Shown here piece after piece: positions 48,752-59,171 of a stretch of DNA of 64,000 nucleotides (position 1 is its first letter; every line of letters begins with the position of its first letter). The translations under genes and the position numbers were made by a program. Origin of the DNA: Nitrospinota bacterium (GTDB taxonomy: Bacteria > Nitrospinota_A > UBA7883 > JADGGD01); the NCBI GenBank assembly GCA_942491805.1, contig CALOCG010000022.1, positions 60,240 to 124,239 of the forward strand, in the 5' to 3' direction. The notes beneath the pieces are model-generated. The model worked only from the letters and a program-made list of their open reading frames with translations, searched no databases and was not told where the DNA came from.

Positions 48752-50878
48752 TCAAACATTTGACGTCGCCAGCCCCACCACCGAGAGGTTCTCGATCTTC
48801 GTTTCCGCCGAAATCTCGTTGTGGGAGAGGACGATCACCCCGGTCAGGAACCGTTCGGTCAGTCGCCTGATATGGGGCCGGATGCCGGGACCGGTGAGCA
48901 ATATCGGCGTGGCGTTCATAAGGTCGAACTTCCCTTGCTCGGCCTGCAAAGTTTCGATAAGGGCCTGGGCGGTGTTCGGGTCGAGCGCCAAATAGGCGCC
49001 ATGCTCGGTCTGCTTCACCGATCGCATGACGGTTTCTTCCACCGACGGATCGAAGGTCATCACCCGCATGGTCCCGTCGGCGCCCCGGAACTGCTTGGAT
49101 ATCTGCCGGGCCAAGGCCGCCCGGACGTACTCGGTAAGGACGTCGGGGTCTTTGATGGTTTCGGCGTGGTCGGCCAAGGTCTCCAAGATCGAGTTGAGAT
49201 CCCGGATGCTGACCTGCTCCCGCAGAAGATTCTGCAAGACCTTCTGGACGCGACCCAACGACAATCCGCCGGGGATGAGCTCTTCGACCACTTTCGGGTT
49301 GCTCTCCTTGAAGGTGTCGATAAGGGCCTGCGACTCTTGGCGCCCCAACAGCTCGTGGGCGTGGGTGCGGATCAGCTCTTTGATATGGGTGGTGATCACC
49401 GTGGCGGTGTCGACCACGGTGTAGCCGCTCAACTTCGCTTTCTCCTTGTTGGCTTCGGTGACCCAGAGAGCCGGGAGGCCGAAGGTCGGGTCGCGGGTCT
49501 CGACCCCCGGAATCTTCGTCACCCCGGCGCCGGAGTTGATGGCGAGGTAATGGTTCATCCAAAGTTCGCCACGGGCCACTTCGACCCCGCGGATGAGGAT
49601 CTGATACTCGTTCGATTTCAGTTGCAGGTTGTCCCGGATATGGAGCGGCGGGACGATGATCCCCATCTCCAAAGCGAACTGGCGACGGACCGACTTGATC
49701 CGCTCCAGAAGCTCTCCGTCTTGGGTCGAATCGACCAACGGAATCAGCTCGTAACCGATCTCCAGCTCCATGGTATCCAAGGGGAGAAGGGCCTCCACCC
49801 GCTCCGGCGCCGGTTGATCGGCCTCTTTTGCATCGGCTTCGGCTTTGGTCGTCTTTTCATCCTCGTCGTCTTGGTACATAAGCCAAGAGAGAAGCCCGGC
49901 GCCGACGCCAAGGGTGGAGAAGGCCAGACCCGGCATACCGGGGACGGCGGCCAGCGACAGCAGGAAGCCTGCGGCGATGGCGAAGGCCCGGGGGTTGACC
50001 ATGATCTGCGCCATCATCTGGCTCCCCAGATTGACTTGGCTGGCGGAGCGGGTGACGATGAGGCCGGCGGCGGTAGAGATGAGAAGCGCAGGTATCTGGG
50101 AAACGAGACCGTCGCCAATGGTCAGAATGGTATAGACCGACGCCGCTTCGGCAAGAGGCATCCCCTGCTGAAGTACGCCGATGGCGAAACCGGCGACGAC
50201 GTTGACGATGGTGATGATGATGCCGGCGACCGCGTCGCCACGAACGAACTTCAGGGCGCCGTCCATGGCGCCGAAAAAGCTGGCTTCGTCTTCCAGCTCT
50301 TTGCGCCGGATGCGGGCTTCGTCTTCGGTGATCATGCCGGCGTTCAGGTCGGCGTCGATCGACATCTGTTTGCCCGGCATGGCGTCGAGGGTGAACCGGG
50401 CGGCCACCTCCGCGATACGAACCGAGCCGTTGGTGATGACCCGGTAGTTGATCAGGACGAGAATGACGAAGATAACGATACCGACGACGTAGTTACCGCC
50501 GACCACGAACTGGCCGAACGCTTCGATAACCTTGCCGGCGGCGTCGAAGCCTTGATCGCCGTAGAGGAGGATGTTCCGGGTGGTGGCCACGTTCAACGCC
50601 AACCGGAAAATCGTCAGGATGAGGAGAAGCGAGGGGAACGAGCTGACCTTGAGAGGACTGCTGATATACATGACGACCAGCAGGAGCAACAGCCCTGCGG
50701 TAATGGAAGAGGAGAGGAGAAAGTCGAGCATGACGGTGGGGATCGGGATGACCATGACGGCCAAAATTCCGACCACACCGACGGCCAGACCGATGTCGGC
50801 GTTGCCGATCATCCGACCCGAAAAGCCGCCTTCTGCCTCTGCCATTTTCTTTCTTCCTGTCAATTCTTTGTCGCGCAC
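48752..50878 (-). CDS. flhA: Flagellar export apparatus protein FlhA
   Basis: 708 aa. TM domain plus the FHIPEP cytoplasmic domain. Confidence 0.95.
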   Translation of the reverse strand: MRDKELTGRKKMAEAEGGFSGRMIGNADIGLAVGVVGILAVMVIPIPTVMLDFLLSSSITAGLLLLLVVMYISSPLKVSSFPSLLLILTIFRLALNVATTRNILLYGDQGFDAAGKVIEAFGQFVVGGNYVVGIVIFVILVLINYRVITNGSVRIAEVAARFTLDAMPGKQMSIDADLNAGMITEDEARIRRKELEDEASFFGAMDGALKFVRGDAVAGIIITIVNVVAGFAIGVLQQGMPLAEAASVYTILTIGDGLVSQIPALLISTAAGLIVTRSASQVNLGSQMMAQIMVNPRAFAIAAGFLLSLAAVPGMPGLAFSTLGVGAGLLSWLMYQDDEDEKTTKAEADAKEADQPAPERVEALLPLDTMELEIGYELIPLVDSTQDGELLERIKSVRRQFALEMGIIVPPLHIRDNLQLKSNEYQILIRGVEVARGELWMNHYLAINSGAGVTKIPGVETRDPTFGLPALWVTEANKEKAKLSGYTVVDTATVITTHIKELIRTHAHELLGRQESQALIDTFKESNPKVVEELIPGGLSLGRVQKVLQNLLREQVSIRDLNSILETLADHAETIKDPDVLTEYVRAALARQISKQFRGADGTMRVMTFDPSVEETVMRSVKQTEHGAYLALDPNTAQALIETLQAEQGKFDLMNATPILLTGPGIRPHIRRLTERFLTGVIVLSHNEISAETKIENLSVVGLATSNV

Positions 50879-50962
50879 GCATGGATCGTCAATAATCCGG
50901 CGTCATGCCATTGACGACCCGTTCGTCGGCCCGTTCACTCTCGAAAGCCTAAACTCTCGCCA

Positions 50963-52028
50963 TTACACCGCTTTAGCCTTCAACCGATAGACATACGCCA
51001 ACGTTTCGGCCACCGCTTTGTAAAGGTTGTCGGGGATTGTTTCTCCGATATCTACATGCTTAAACAAGGTTTGTGCCAAAGGCTTATCCTCCACCAAGAC
51101 GATGTCGTTTTCTTTGGCGATCTCCCGGATTTTAAGAGCCACAAACCCGGCCCCTTTGGCGACCACCACCGGCGCCGGATCGCGCAACCGGTCGTAGCGC
51201 AAGGCGATGGAGAGGTGGGTCGGATTGGTGATGATCACCTCCGCTTCGGGAACCGCCTGCATCATCCGGTTCCGGTGCATTTCGTACTGTTTGTTCCGAA
51301 TCCTCTGTTTTATGCGAGGATCACCTTCCGACTGTTTATGTTCGTCTTTAACCTCCTGCTTGGTCATCTTCATGTTGTCCTTGTACGACCATTTCTGGTA
51401 GGTGAAGTCGATGAAGGCGATGATCGCCAATGCCCCGAGAACCCGCAGGAAAAGAATAAACGCCTCATTACCGAGAACCTGAAAGGTCTGTTCGAGAGGA
51501 AGTTCCATCAGGATCGGAATCGTTTCGATCTCGTCTTTGAGGGCGATCCAGACCGCCGCGCCGATGATCGAAAGCTTGCCGATGGCCTTGAGAAGATTCA
51601 TCGCCCCTTCTTTCCCCATGAACCGTTTGAAGCCGGTCAGGGGATTGAGTTTGCTGAGCTTTAGCTGAAGGGGTTCGAGCGAAAACAACCAGCCGTCGTT
51701 CTGCCAGTAGTTCGACGCCACCCCCACAAAGGCGATGGTCAGCATGAAAGGAAGCGCAACCCCCATCATCTTTTCGGACAACATACGACCAAGAAGCTGG
51801 GCCGATTCGACCGACAACGGATATTCGGCCGCGTTGCTGAAGATTTCCGTCCACAGCTCCATGATCCGTTGATACATCTGGAAGGCGAAAAAGGTGAAAA
51901 AGACGGTGGCGCCCCCGAGGATGAGAAACGAGTTCAGTTCTGACTCTTGGCCACCTGCCACTTTTTTCGGGCTTCACGCAATCGTTTTTGTGTCGGTTCT
52001 TCTGTACGAGACTCTTTATCTTCGGCCA
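50963..52028 (-). CDS. flhB: Flagellar export protein FlhB with a frameshift after about 30 codons
   Basis: The ATG at 52026-52028 gives MAEDKESRTEEPTQKRLREARKK (canonical FlhB N-terminus). The frame then slips at about 51938-51942; inserting one G restores ...GQVAKSQELNSFLILGG. The NPTH autocleavage site is present (ITNPTHLS). Confidence 0.85.
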
Positions 52029-52042
52029 TCGCTCATCCCTTC

Positions 52043-52825
52043 TCAGGTCATCAGACCGAAGAGCCGGTCGATCTGTTCGAGGTTCTCCATGAACATCCGG
52101 CTAAATGTTTTCGAATACGGTTCCATCAGTACCGCCAAGGTGAAGAGTCCCAAGGCGATGGTGATCGGAAAACCGAGAACGAAGATGTTCATCTGGGGAA
52201 CGGTGCGGGCCAGAATCCCCATGGCCAACTGCTTGAGTATGAGCCCCACCGTGATGGGGGCGGAAAGTTGCGCGGCGGTCACCAACATAGCGCCGAGCGC
52301 GTCGATCAGCATTTTCCCCATGGCGACGTTGGGGGAAAAAGTTCCCGGTGGAACCAGCCGAAACCCTTCGGCGAACCCGAGGAGCATGAAATGGTGGATG
52401 TTGAAGGTCATAAAGAGCAACATCATCATGATGTTCAGGAACTGGGCGAGGATCGAGACCTGTTGGCCGCTGGTCGGGTCGACGACGTTGACGATACCGA
52501 ACCCGATCTGGAACCCCATGATGTAACCGGCCATCTGGACGGCGGAGAACATGAGGGTGACCAAATAGGCGGTCAGCATGCCGATAAGCGATTCCGACGC
52601 GACCAGAAGGGCGAGCGTCATCACATCCATCTCGATGTCGATGCGACTGATATCGACCGCCGGGAATATCACGAAGGCGGTCATAAGGGCCAACCCGGCC
52701 TTGGCCGATTTCGGCGACGATCCGCCGAAGATCGGCAAAAAACCGTAGAGAGCCGCCATCCGCACGAAGACCAACAAGAACCCTTGGAAGGTGGCCAGGT
52801 CGAGCGGAAAAAGATCGGGGGCCAT
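52043..52825 (-). CDS. fliR: Flagellar export protein FliR
   Basis: 260 aa, polytopic. Position in the operon. Confidence 0.9.
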   Translation of the reverse strand: MAPDLFPLDLATFQGFLLVFVRMAALYGFLPIFGGSSPKSAKAGLALMTAFVIFPAVDISRIDIEMDVMTLALLVASESLIGMLTAYLVTLMFSAVQMAGYIMGFQIGFGIVNVVDPTSGQQVSILAQFLNIMMMLLFMTFNIHHFMLLGFAEGFRLVPPGTFSPNVAMGKMLIDALGAMLVTAAQLSAPITVGLILKQLAMGILARTVPQMNIFVLGFPITIALGLFTLAVLMEPYSKTFSRMFMENLEQIDRLFGLMT

Positions 52826-52834
52826 ACGGGGCCT

Positions 52835-53107
52835 TTACCGGATGTACTGGGGGATGTTGATGATGATGTTGGCGGTATAGTCGACCATCATCTGGATCAT
52901 CCAGGGGAAGAAGATCACCATCGAAACCATGACGGCGAGGATCTTGGGAATGAAGGTAAGGGTCATCTCTTGAATGGAGGTGACCGCTTGGAAAATCGAA
53001 ACCGTCACGCCGATAATCAGCCCGAACCCGAGCATCGGCGCGGCGATCAAGAGAGCCATTTGCAGGCTCTGGGCCGAGATGGAAACGACGAATTCGGGGG
53101 TGACCAT
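52835..53107 (-). CDS. fliQ: Flagellar export protein FliQ
   Basis: 90 aa, two TM helices, FliQ motif. Confidence 0.9.
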   Translation of the reverse strand: MVTPEFVVSISAQSLQMALLIAAPMLGFGLIIGVTVSIFQAVTSIQEMTLTFIPKILAVMVSMVIFFPWMIQMMVDYTANIIINIPQYIR

Positions 53108-53116
53108 AAAACGCTC

Positions 53117-53884
53117 CTATACTGCGAAACTGCGCATCATCGATCCGACGATCAGGTACCAGCCGTCGACCAATACGAAAAGCATGATCTTGAACGGCAG
53201 CGAAATCATGACCGGGGGCAACATCATCATCCCCATGCTCATCAAGACGCTGGCGATGACCATGTCGAGAACGAGAAAGGGGAGATAGATCAGAAAGCCG
53301 ATGGTAAAGGCGGTCCGCATCTCGGAGATGAGAAACGCCGGGATGATCGTGGTGATCGGCAGATCGTCGGCGGTTTCGGGCGGCGCCATCCCCGACATCT
53401 CGACAAACAGCGAGAGATCCTTCTCGCGGGTCTGATTCAGCATGAAGGCCCGCAACGGAGTGGTGGTCTTGGTGTAGAACTCCGACAGGCTGATCTCTTC
53501 TTTGGTGAACGGGACGAAGGCCTCTTCGTAGATCTGGGTGAAGGCCGGTTGCATGATGAAAAAGGTCATGAACATCGCCATGCCGGCCATGATCTGGTTG
53601 GGGGGCATGGTTTGCGTCCCCATGGCCTGCCGCAAAAAGTGCATCACCACGATGATCCGCACGAACGAGGTGAGCGAGATGAAGATCGAGGGCGCCAACG
53701 AAAGGACCGTCATCAGCACCATGATCTTCATGCTGGTGGCGATGGTCTGGTTATCCCCCCCGTCGCTGAAGCTGACCGTCAAAGCGGGGCCGGTGTCGGC
53801 GGCCAGAGCGACGGTCGGCAGCAGGATCGCGGCGACGAGGGCGCCGGTCAGCAGCGTCGGGAGGGTCGGTCGCATCGGGAGCAT
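53117..53884 (-). CDS. fliP: Flagellar export protein FliP
   Basis: Signal peptide plus conserved FliP core. Confidence 0.9.
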   Translation of the reverse strand: MLPMRPTLPTLLTGALVAAILLPTVALAADTGPALTVSFSDGGDNQTIATSMKIMVLMTVLSLAPSIFISLTSFVRIIVVMHFLRQAMGTQTMPPNQIMAGMAMFMTFFIMQPAFTQIYEEAFVPFTKEEISLSEFYTKTTTPLRAFMLNQTREKDLSLFVEMSGMAPPETADDLPITTIIPAFLISEMRTAFTIGFLIYLPFLVLDMVIASVLMSMGMMMLPPVMISLPFKIMLFVLVDGWYLIVGSMMRSFAV

Positions 53885-53889
53885 CTCCT

Positions 53890-55263
53890 TTATGCGCTCT
53901 GCAACGTGGCGTTGGCGCCCCGGATGGCGCCGGTGACCCGACGCATCAGCTCTTCCCGCGAGGGGCGAGGCTCCACCCCTTCCCGGGAGGGGGCCGGGCT
54001 CTGTTTCGACACGGTCGGTGTGTAGGTCTCTTCGCCCCGCCCGGCGGCGGCCGCCAATTTTCCGGCGAAGGTGTCGAGGTCCTCTTCGTTCATCAAAGCG
54101 GGAGCGGGGGACGCCGCTTTTTTCGCGCCGCCGAAGCGCGACAGGCGGGCCATGATCCCTTTCTTGGCCGGTTTCTTTTTCGATGCCCCGCCAGAGAGAG
54201 CGCCACTGATCGACGCGAGGAAGGCGGCGTCGCCCGCTCCCGGCTCGGGGGCGCCCATCCGGCGGATTCGATCGGCGGTTTCGGTGTCGTCAATGGTGGT
54301 CAACAGGGAGATCGACTCGTCGGAGATGCCGAGCGCCATCACCTCTCCGGCCACTTCCACCAAGGCGATTCGTTGTTTCGGGCCGATGGAGGTGGTCGCC
54401 AAGGTTCGCACCAGCGGGTTCCCGGCAGGGCCGCCCAGTTTCAGTTTGCCGGTCAGTTTCCGAAAGAGAACGGCGCCCAAGAGAAACAGGCCGACGGTCA
54501 CCGCGAGGGCGACCACCATTTTCACCGTCGCCGCGCCGAGATCGGGGGCGCCGGGCATTTCGGTTTTCTCGTATTTCAGATAGCCGGTTTTGCCGCCGTT
54601 TTCTTTGGCGGCCTTGGCCTCTTGTTGGGCCGCCTCGGCTTTGCGGACAAACAGTCCGGCCAACGGGCTCTCCTGTTTGGTCGGGCGCTTCGTGGCGGTG
54701 GCGGTGGCGCTCCCTTTGGCGTCGGACCAATCGGTCGTCGCTTTCAAGGGGGGAGCGATGGGGGCCGAGCGGAGAGGATCTTTCTTCGCCACCGGTTTCG
54801 GCGTTTCCTCCACCACCGGGGCGGGTGCGGTCGTGACCACCGGCGCCGGGGTGTCGACGGTCAGGATCAGCAGGTTGCCGTCGGTCGACAGTTTGGTCAC
54901 CGGAATAAGTTTGCGCCCATCTTTTTTCGTAAAGAAGCGGAGCCGCAAAAGCTCGGGGGAACGTTGGTAGATGCCGGCCATGGAGAACTGAGGAGCGTCA
55001 AGGGGCATCTCTTTTTTAGCCGGGACCGCATAGGCCATCGGCAGATCGACCTGCACCGACTTTTCGTAAAACGAAAGTTTCGGGAGGGTCGTCACCCCTT
55101 CACGCATACGGATCACCAGCCGGGCGCCATCCCCTTCGTGGAAGAGGGTTACTTCTTCCAAACGGTTCATGGCCGACAGATCGACAGCGGCGATCACCGG
55201 CGCCGGAAGCATCAGTATGATGGCGGCGGTGATGGTCAGGGTCAGTCCGAATAGCAGTCTCAC
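53890..55263 (-). CDS. fliO: FliO-domain protein with an unusually long N-terminal extension
   Basis: The C-terminal TM plus IALVEVAGEVMALGISDESISLL matches FliO. The roughly 230-aa N-terminal periplasmic/Pro-rich region is atypical. Confidence 0.6.
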   Translation of the reverse strand: MRLLFGLTLTITAAIILMLPAPVIAAVDLSAMNRLEEVTLFHEGDGARLVIRMREGVTTLPKLSFYEKSVQVDLPMAYAVPAKKEMPLDAPQFSMAGIYQRSPELLRLRFFTKKDGRKLIPVTKLSTDGNLLILTVDTPAPVVTTAPAPVVEETPKPVAKKDPLRSAPIAPPLKATTDWSDAKGSATATATKRPTKQESPLAGLFVRKAEAAQQEAKAAKENGGKTGYLKYEKTEMPGAPDLGAATVKMVVALAVTVGLFLLGAVLFRKLTGKLKLGGPAGNPLVRTLATTSIGPKQRIALVEVAGEVMALGISDESISLLTTIDDTETADRIRRMGAPEPGAGDAAFLASISGALSGGASKKKPAKKGIMARLSRFGGAKKAASPAPALMNEEDLDTFAGKLAAAAGRGEETYTPTVSKQSPAPSREGVEPRPSREELMRRVTGAIRGANATLQSA

Positions 55264-55493
55264 GATTCCGGTCTCCTTGCCGTCAGGGTCCCGGCGGCGC
55301 CGGGATTTTGGCCCTGATCAGGCTCACCGATAGGGAATAGCAAGGGAGATGCCAGAATAAACGGCGAGATTTTGGCGGAACCGTCACCGGTCTTTTTCGC
55401 CTCCCGTCTTCGGACAAGCGTTTCTTCGAAACGCCGGTTTGGACAGGTAAAGAAGGAGACGACAATCACCCCGTCATATGGGGCGATTATCGG

Positions 55494-55955
55494 TTACGTC
55501 AGCGATTTGATCCGTTCGTTGGCGTCGGTGATTTCGGTGATTCTGACGCCGAATTTTTCGTTGACGACCACCACTTCCCCTTTGCCGATGGTCTTGGAGT
55601 TGACCATCACTTCGAGCGGCTCCCCCACCAGCTTCGTCAACTCGATGACGGAGCCTTGACCGAGTCGCATCAGGTCGTTGATCAACATCTTCGCCCGCCC
55701 CAGCTCCACCGTCACCCCCATGGGGATATCGAGGATACGGTCGAGCTCCCCCGACGAAGCGGTGACCGACGCCGCCACGGGGAGAGGAGCGGGGGCCGCT
55801 TCGGCGGCGGGCGCGGCAGGCGCGTCTTTCTGTTCGGCGGCGGCGGGAGCGGCGGAGGCGTCGCGCAGCATGTCTCGTTGTTTGGCCAGATCCTCGGCGG
55901 CGGCCGCCCAGAGGTCTTCTTCGTTTTCCGCGTTCAGTTCGCCTTCGTCGCTCAT
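55494..55955 (-). CDS. fliN: Flagellar motor switch protein FliN
   Basis: C-terminal SpoA/FliN domain (VELGRAKMLINDLMRLGQGSVIEL). Confidence 0.85.
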   Translation of the reverse strand: MSDEGELNAENEEDLWAAAAEDLAKQRDMLRDASAAPAAAEQKDAPAAPAAEAAPAPLPVAASVTASSGELDRILDIPMGVTVELGRAKMLINDLMRLGQGSVIELTKLVGEPLEVMVNSKTIGKGEVVVVNEKFGVRITEITDANERIKSLT

Positions 55956-55980
55956 GACTCTTCTCTCGTCTTAAGGGGGG

Positions 55981-57029
55981 TCAAACCCGTTCCATCGGCG
56001 GTTCGTTTTCGTCGTGGGGCAGTTCCGGCGCCGACATGCCGTCTTCTTTGGCCCCTTGCCGGGGGACGATATAGGTCACCTGCACCGCCCGGTTTTCTTT
56101 CACCACACCGGGGCGTCCTTTAAACTTCGGTATCCCCTCTACTTTCACAATCAACTCGTCGTCGATATCGGTGGTCAACCCGAGGATGTCCCCCGGCTCC
56201 AGTTTCAGAAAGTCTTGGCTCATCACCGTCGCTTTTCCCAATTCCACCACCACGCCGACCGAAGCTTCCGCCAGCCGATCACGCAGACGTTGAATCCACG
56301 CTGATCGACTTCGAGCTGGTCCGACTGGAACCCGGCCCTCAGCTTGCCGATGATCGGCTCGATGGTCGAGTAGGGGAGGCAGACCGTCAGCGTCCCGTTG
56401 ACGCTGTCCAGCTCCACTTCGAACATGATCACCACCACCACGTCGGTGGGGGGGACGATGGCGGCGAACTGGGGGTTCACCTCGGAGCGGACGTAGGTCA
56501 TCTTGATATTGTGGACCGGTTTCCAGGCCGCTTCGAGATCGGCCAGCACCATCAGGACCACCTTTTTGATCATCCGTTGTTCGATGGTGGTGAAGTCGCG
56601 TCCCTCGATTTTCATCTTCGCCTCGCCGGAGCCGCCGAAAAAGGTGTCGACCAGAGCGAAGACCAGTTTACTTTCGGCCACCAGCAACGCGAAACCGCGC
56701 AACGGCTCGATCTTGAAGATGTGCAACGACGCCGGGACCGGCAGACTCTTGACGAACTCGCCGAATTTCACCGTGTCGGTGGAGACGGCGGAGATGTCCA
56801 AGACTTTCCGCAACGCCGACGAAAGGGAGTTCCGAAAGAGCCTGGAGAACCGTTGGTTGATGATGTCCAGCGTCGGCATCCGGCCACGGATGATCCGTTC
56901 CTGACTGGTCAGGTCGTAGGGGACGATCCCCGACTCGTCGGCGACATACTCGACCTCGGTCTCGATCTCGCCGTCGGTGACCCCACGCAACAGGGCGTCG
57001 ACTTCCTCCTGAGAGAGGACCTGACTCAT
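55981..57029 (-). CDS. fliM: Flagellar motor switch protein FliM with a frameshift near codon 250
   Basis: ORF 56223..57029 (N-terminal and middle domains, LSQEEVDALL) and ORF 55981..56253 (C-terminal FliN-like domain) are in different frames. Adding one T in CGTGG at about 56295 restores ...DQRWIQRLRDRLAEASVGVVVELGKA... Confidence 0.85.
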
Positions 57030-57083
57030 GGGGCCACTCCCCCCCCATTGCGGGGCCCAATGGTTCGGTTGACGCGCATCGTT

Positions 57084-57575
57084 TTACTGTACCACGAACT
57101 CGGTGAAGAACATTTCCCGCACCACCCCTTTGCTGAGCATGGAGTTGATCCGTTTGACCAGCTCCAGTTTCAGGTCGTATTTCCCCTGAATCGAGAGGAC
57201 CTCCTCCGGCGTTTTGGAGGAGAGGACGGTGATGATGCTGTCTTTGATCTGCGGATTTTTGGCGGCGATCTCCTCCTGCGCCGTGGCCGACGAGAGTTGC
57301 AAGACGATGACCGCCTTCAGATAACGGTCGATCCCCTGGCTCGACAGGTTGACCACGAAAGGATCGAGCTCCACCGTCACCCCCATGGCGGCGGTCGGGT
57401 CTTCCTTCGGCGCGGCGTCGGCGCCGCCGTCGCTGGTCCCTGCCGCCGCAGTCGGCTTCTGGGTCATGAAGTAGAACATCCCCCCCCCCGCTGCGATCAG
57501 CAGAACCACCAACACCGCGATGATGATGATGAGGAGTTTGCTCCCCCCCTTTTTCGCTTCTTCCTCGTCGGCCAT
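57084..57575 (-). CDS. fliL: Flagellar basal-body-associated protein FliL
   Basis: Single TM helix plus a FliL periplasmic domain. Confidence 0.8.
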   Translation of the reverse strand: MADEEEAKKGGSKLLIIIIAVLVVLLIAAGGGMFYFMTQKPTAAAGTSDGGADAAPKEDPTAAMGVTVELDPFVVNLSSQGIDRYLKAVIVLQLSSATAQEEIAAKNPQIKDSIITVLSSKTPEEVLSIQGKYDLKLELVKRINSMLSKGVVREMFFTEFVVQ

Positions 57576-57635
57576 GCTTTTTAGGCTCCTTCGTTCCGGT
57601 CGCGCCGATGGAGGCCCACCGGTCTGGTTTTGTTT

Positions 57636-58448
57636 TTACCTACGCCCCCTTCTTCGGGGCTCACGCCCCCGCGGGGCGCATGCCCCTTCGGGGGGCGCCT
57701 GTTCGACAACGATCTCGACCCGTCGGTTGCGAGCCCGGTAACTTTCGCTGATGTTGCGGACCAGCGGACGGCTGTCGGCATAGCCAAAAGCGCCCAGAAT
57801 CCGTTCCGGCCTCATATTCTTCTCGTCGATCAGATAGCGCATCACCTCACCGGCCCGGGCCGCCGACAGCTCCCAGTTGGAGGGATAGCGGGGGGTATCG
57901 ATCGGGAGGTCGTCGGTATGCCCCTCGATGACTATCCTGCTGTCGCTATACTGCATGGCGTCGGTAAGCCGGTCAAGAGCAAGCCGCGCCGACGGGGTCA
58001 AGGTGGCCGAAGCCGGTTGGAACATCGTCTTGTCCGGGAAAGTAACCACAAACTTGGGGCCCCGTTTTCGTATGGTCCCCTGATTCAACAACAGCGCCTC
58101 TTCGATCCCCGCGATACTGATCGGCGCCATGACGTCGGTCGACGAGGTGTCGTCGGCCAAAAACTCGAGAAACTGCTTGATCGACATCGTATGGGGGGCG
58201 ACGAAGTAATCGCGCCGCATCCGCTCCATCGGGAACCGGTCGGTGAACCACAACGGCCCGGCCCCCCCCGAGAAGGCGGTGAACATCTCTTTGAGAACCT
58301 GATTGTCGAGAGTCTTCATCGAAAACAGGAGGACGAAAAAGGTGAGCAGGAGCGATAGGAGATCGCCGAAGGTGAGCATCCACCCTTCGGTGTCGAACTC
58401 GGCCTCGCCCCCTCCCTTCTTTTTCTTCTGCGCCCGCGAAACACCCAT
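57636..58448 (-). CDS. MotB-like stator / OmpA-domain protein (second paralog)
   Basis: TM helix with WMLTFGDLLSLLLTFF. C-terminal OmpA peptidoglycan-binding domain. Confidence 0.75.
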   Translation of the reverse strand: MGVSRAQKKKKGGGEAEFDTEGWMLTFGDLLSLLLTFFVLLFSMKTLDNQVLKEMFTAFSGGAGPLWFTDRFPMERMRRDYFVAPHTMSIKQFLEFLADDTSSTDVMAPISIAGIEEALLLNQGTIRKRGPKFVVTFPDKTMFQPASATLTPSARLALDRLTDAMQYSDSRIVIEGHTDDLPIDTPRYPSNWELSAARAGEVMRYLIDEKNMRPERILGAFGYADSRPLVRNISESYRARNRRVEIVVEQAPPEGACAPRGREPRRRGRR

Positions 58449-58463
58449 GACTCGTTCCTCTCC

Positions 58464-59171
58464 TCACAGGGTCCAGCGATACCGGATTTCGGTCCGGTCG
58501 TTTTTAAGAGCGTCGTCATACCCTTCCACAGTGGTCAAAGGGCGCATGGCGCCGTACCCGGCCACGGCCAGCCGTCTCTGATCGATGTCGGCGTCGGCGA
58601 TAAGGGCGCGGGCCACCGTGCCTGCCCGTGCGGCGGTGAGGGTGACGGCGTCGGGAAAACGACGGCTGGCCACTTTCGGGTCGGCCACGTGGCTTTCGAT
58701 CAGCAATCCCCCCTCGGCTTGCCGAAAGATCGGGCCGAGCCGTTCGACCAAATTTTGACCGAGCGAGGTAAGCCGGGCCGATCCCGCTTCGAACAGGATG
58801 CTGTTGTCGAGCTGCACCGTCACCCCCCCGTGCGAGATAAAGGTCCGGGCGAACTGGGCGGTCCGGGTCCGCATCATATGCTCTTCGAACTTGCCGAGGA
58901 GATAGGCCAGTTGCGACCGGGCGGTGAGGAGCGGCGCCCCTTTGGCCGCCACGTTGCGACTCTCGGAGCTCATCGGCGAGGTTCCGCCGGGAAGGATGCC
59001 GAGCGACCCGGTCATCGATCCCAAGGCGATCTTCTTTTTCGATTCGGCCGGAACCGCCAGGGTGTTGAGCACGATAAAGAAGGCGAGGATCAACATCATC
59101 AGGGTGACGTTCAACGGACGGGAGGGATCTTTCTCCCCCCGCCGGTCGTTGAGGATCCTCGTCCTAGTCAA
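58464..59171 (-). CDS. motB: Flagellar motor protein MotB
   Basis: TM helix plus an OmpA-like C-terminus. 8-nt overlap with motA. Confidence 0.75.
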   Translation of the reverse strand: MTRTRILNDRRGEKDPSRPLNVTLMMLILAFFIVLNTLAVPAESKKKIALGSMTGSLGILPGGTSPMSSESRNVAAKGAPLLTARSQLAYLLGKFEEHMMRTRTAQFARTFISHGGVTVQLDNSILFEAGSARLTSLGQNLVERLGPIFRQAEGGLLIESHVADPKVASRRFPDAVTLTAARAGTVARALIADADIDQRRLAVAGYGAMRPLTTVEGYDDALKNDRTEIRYRWTL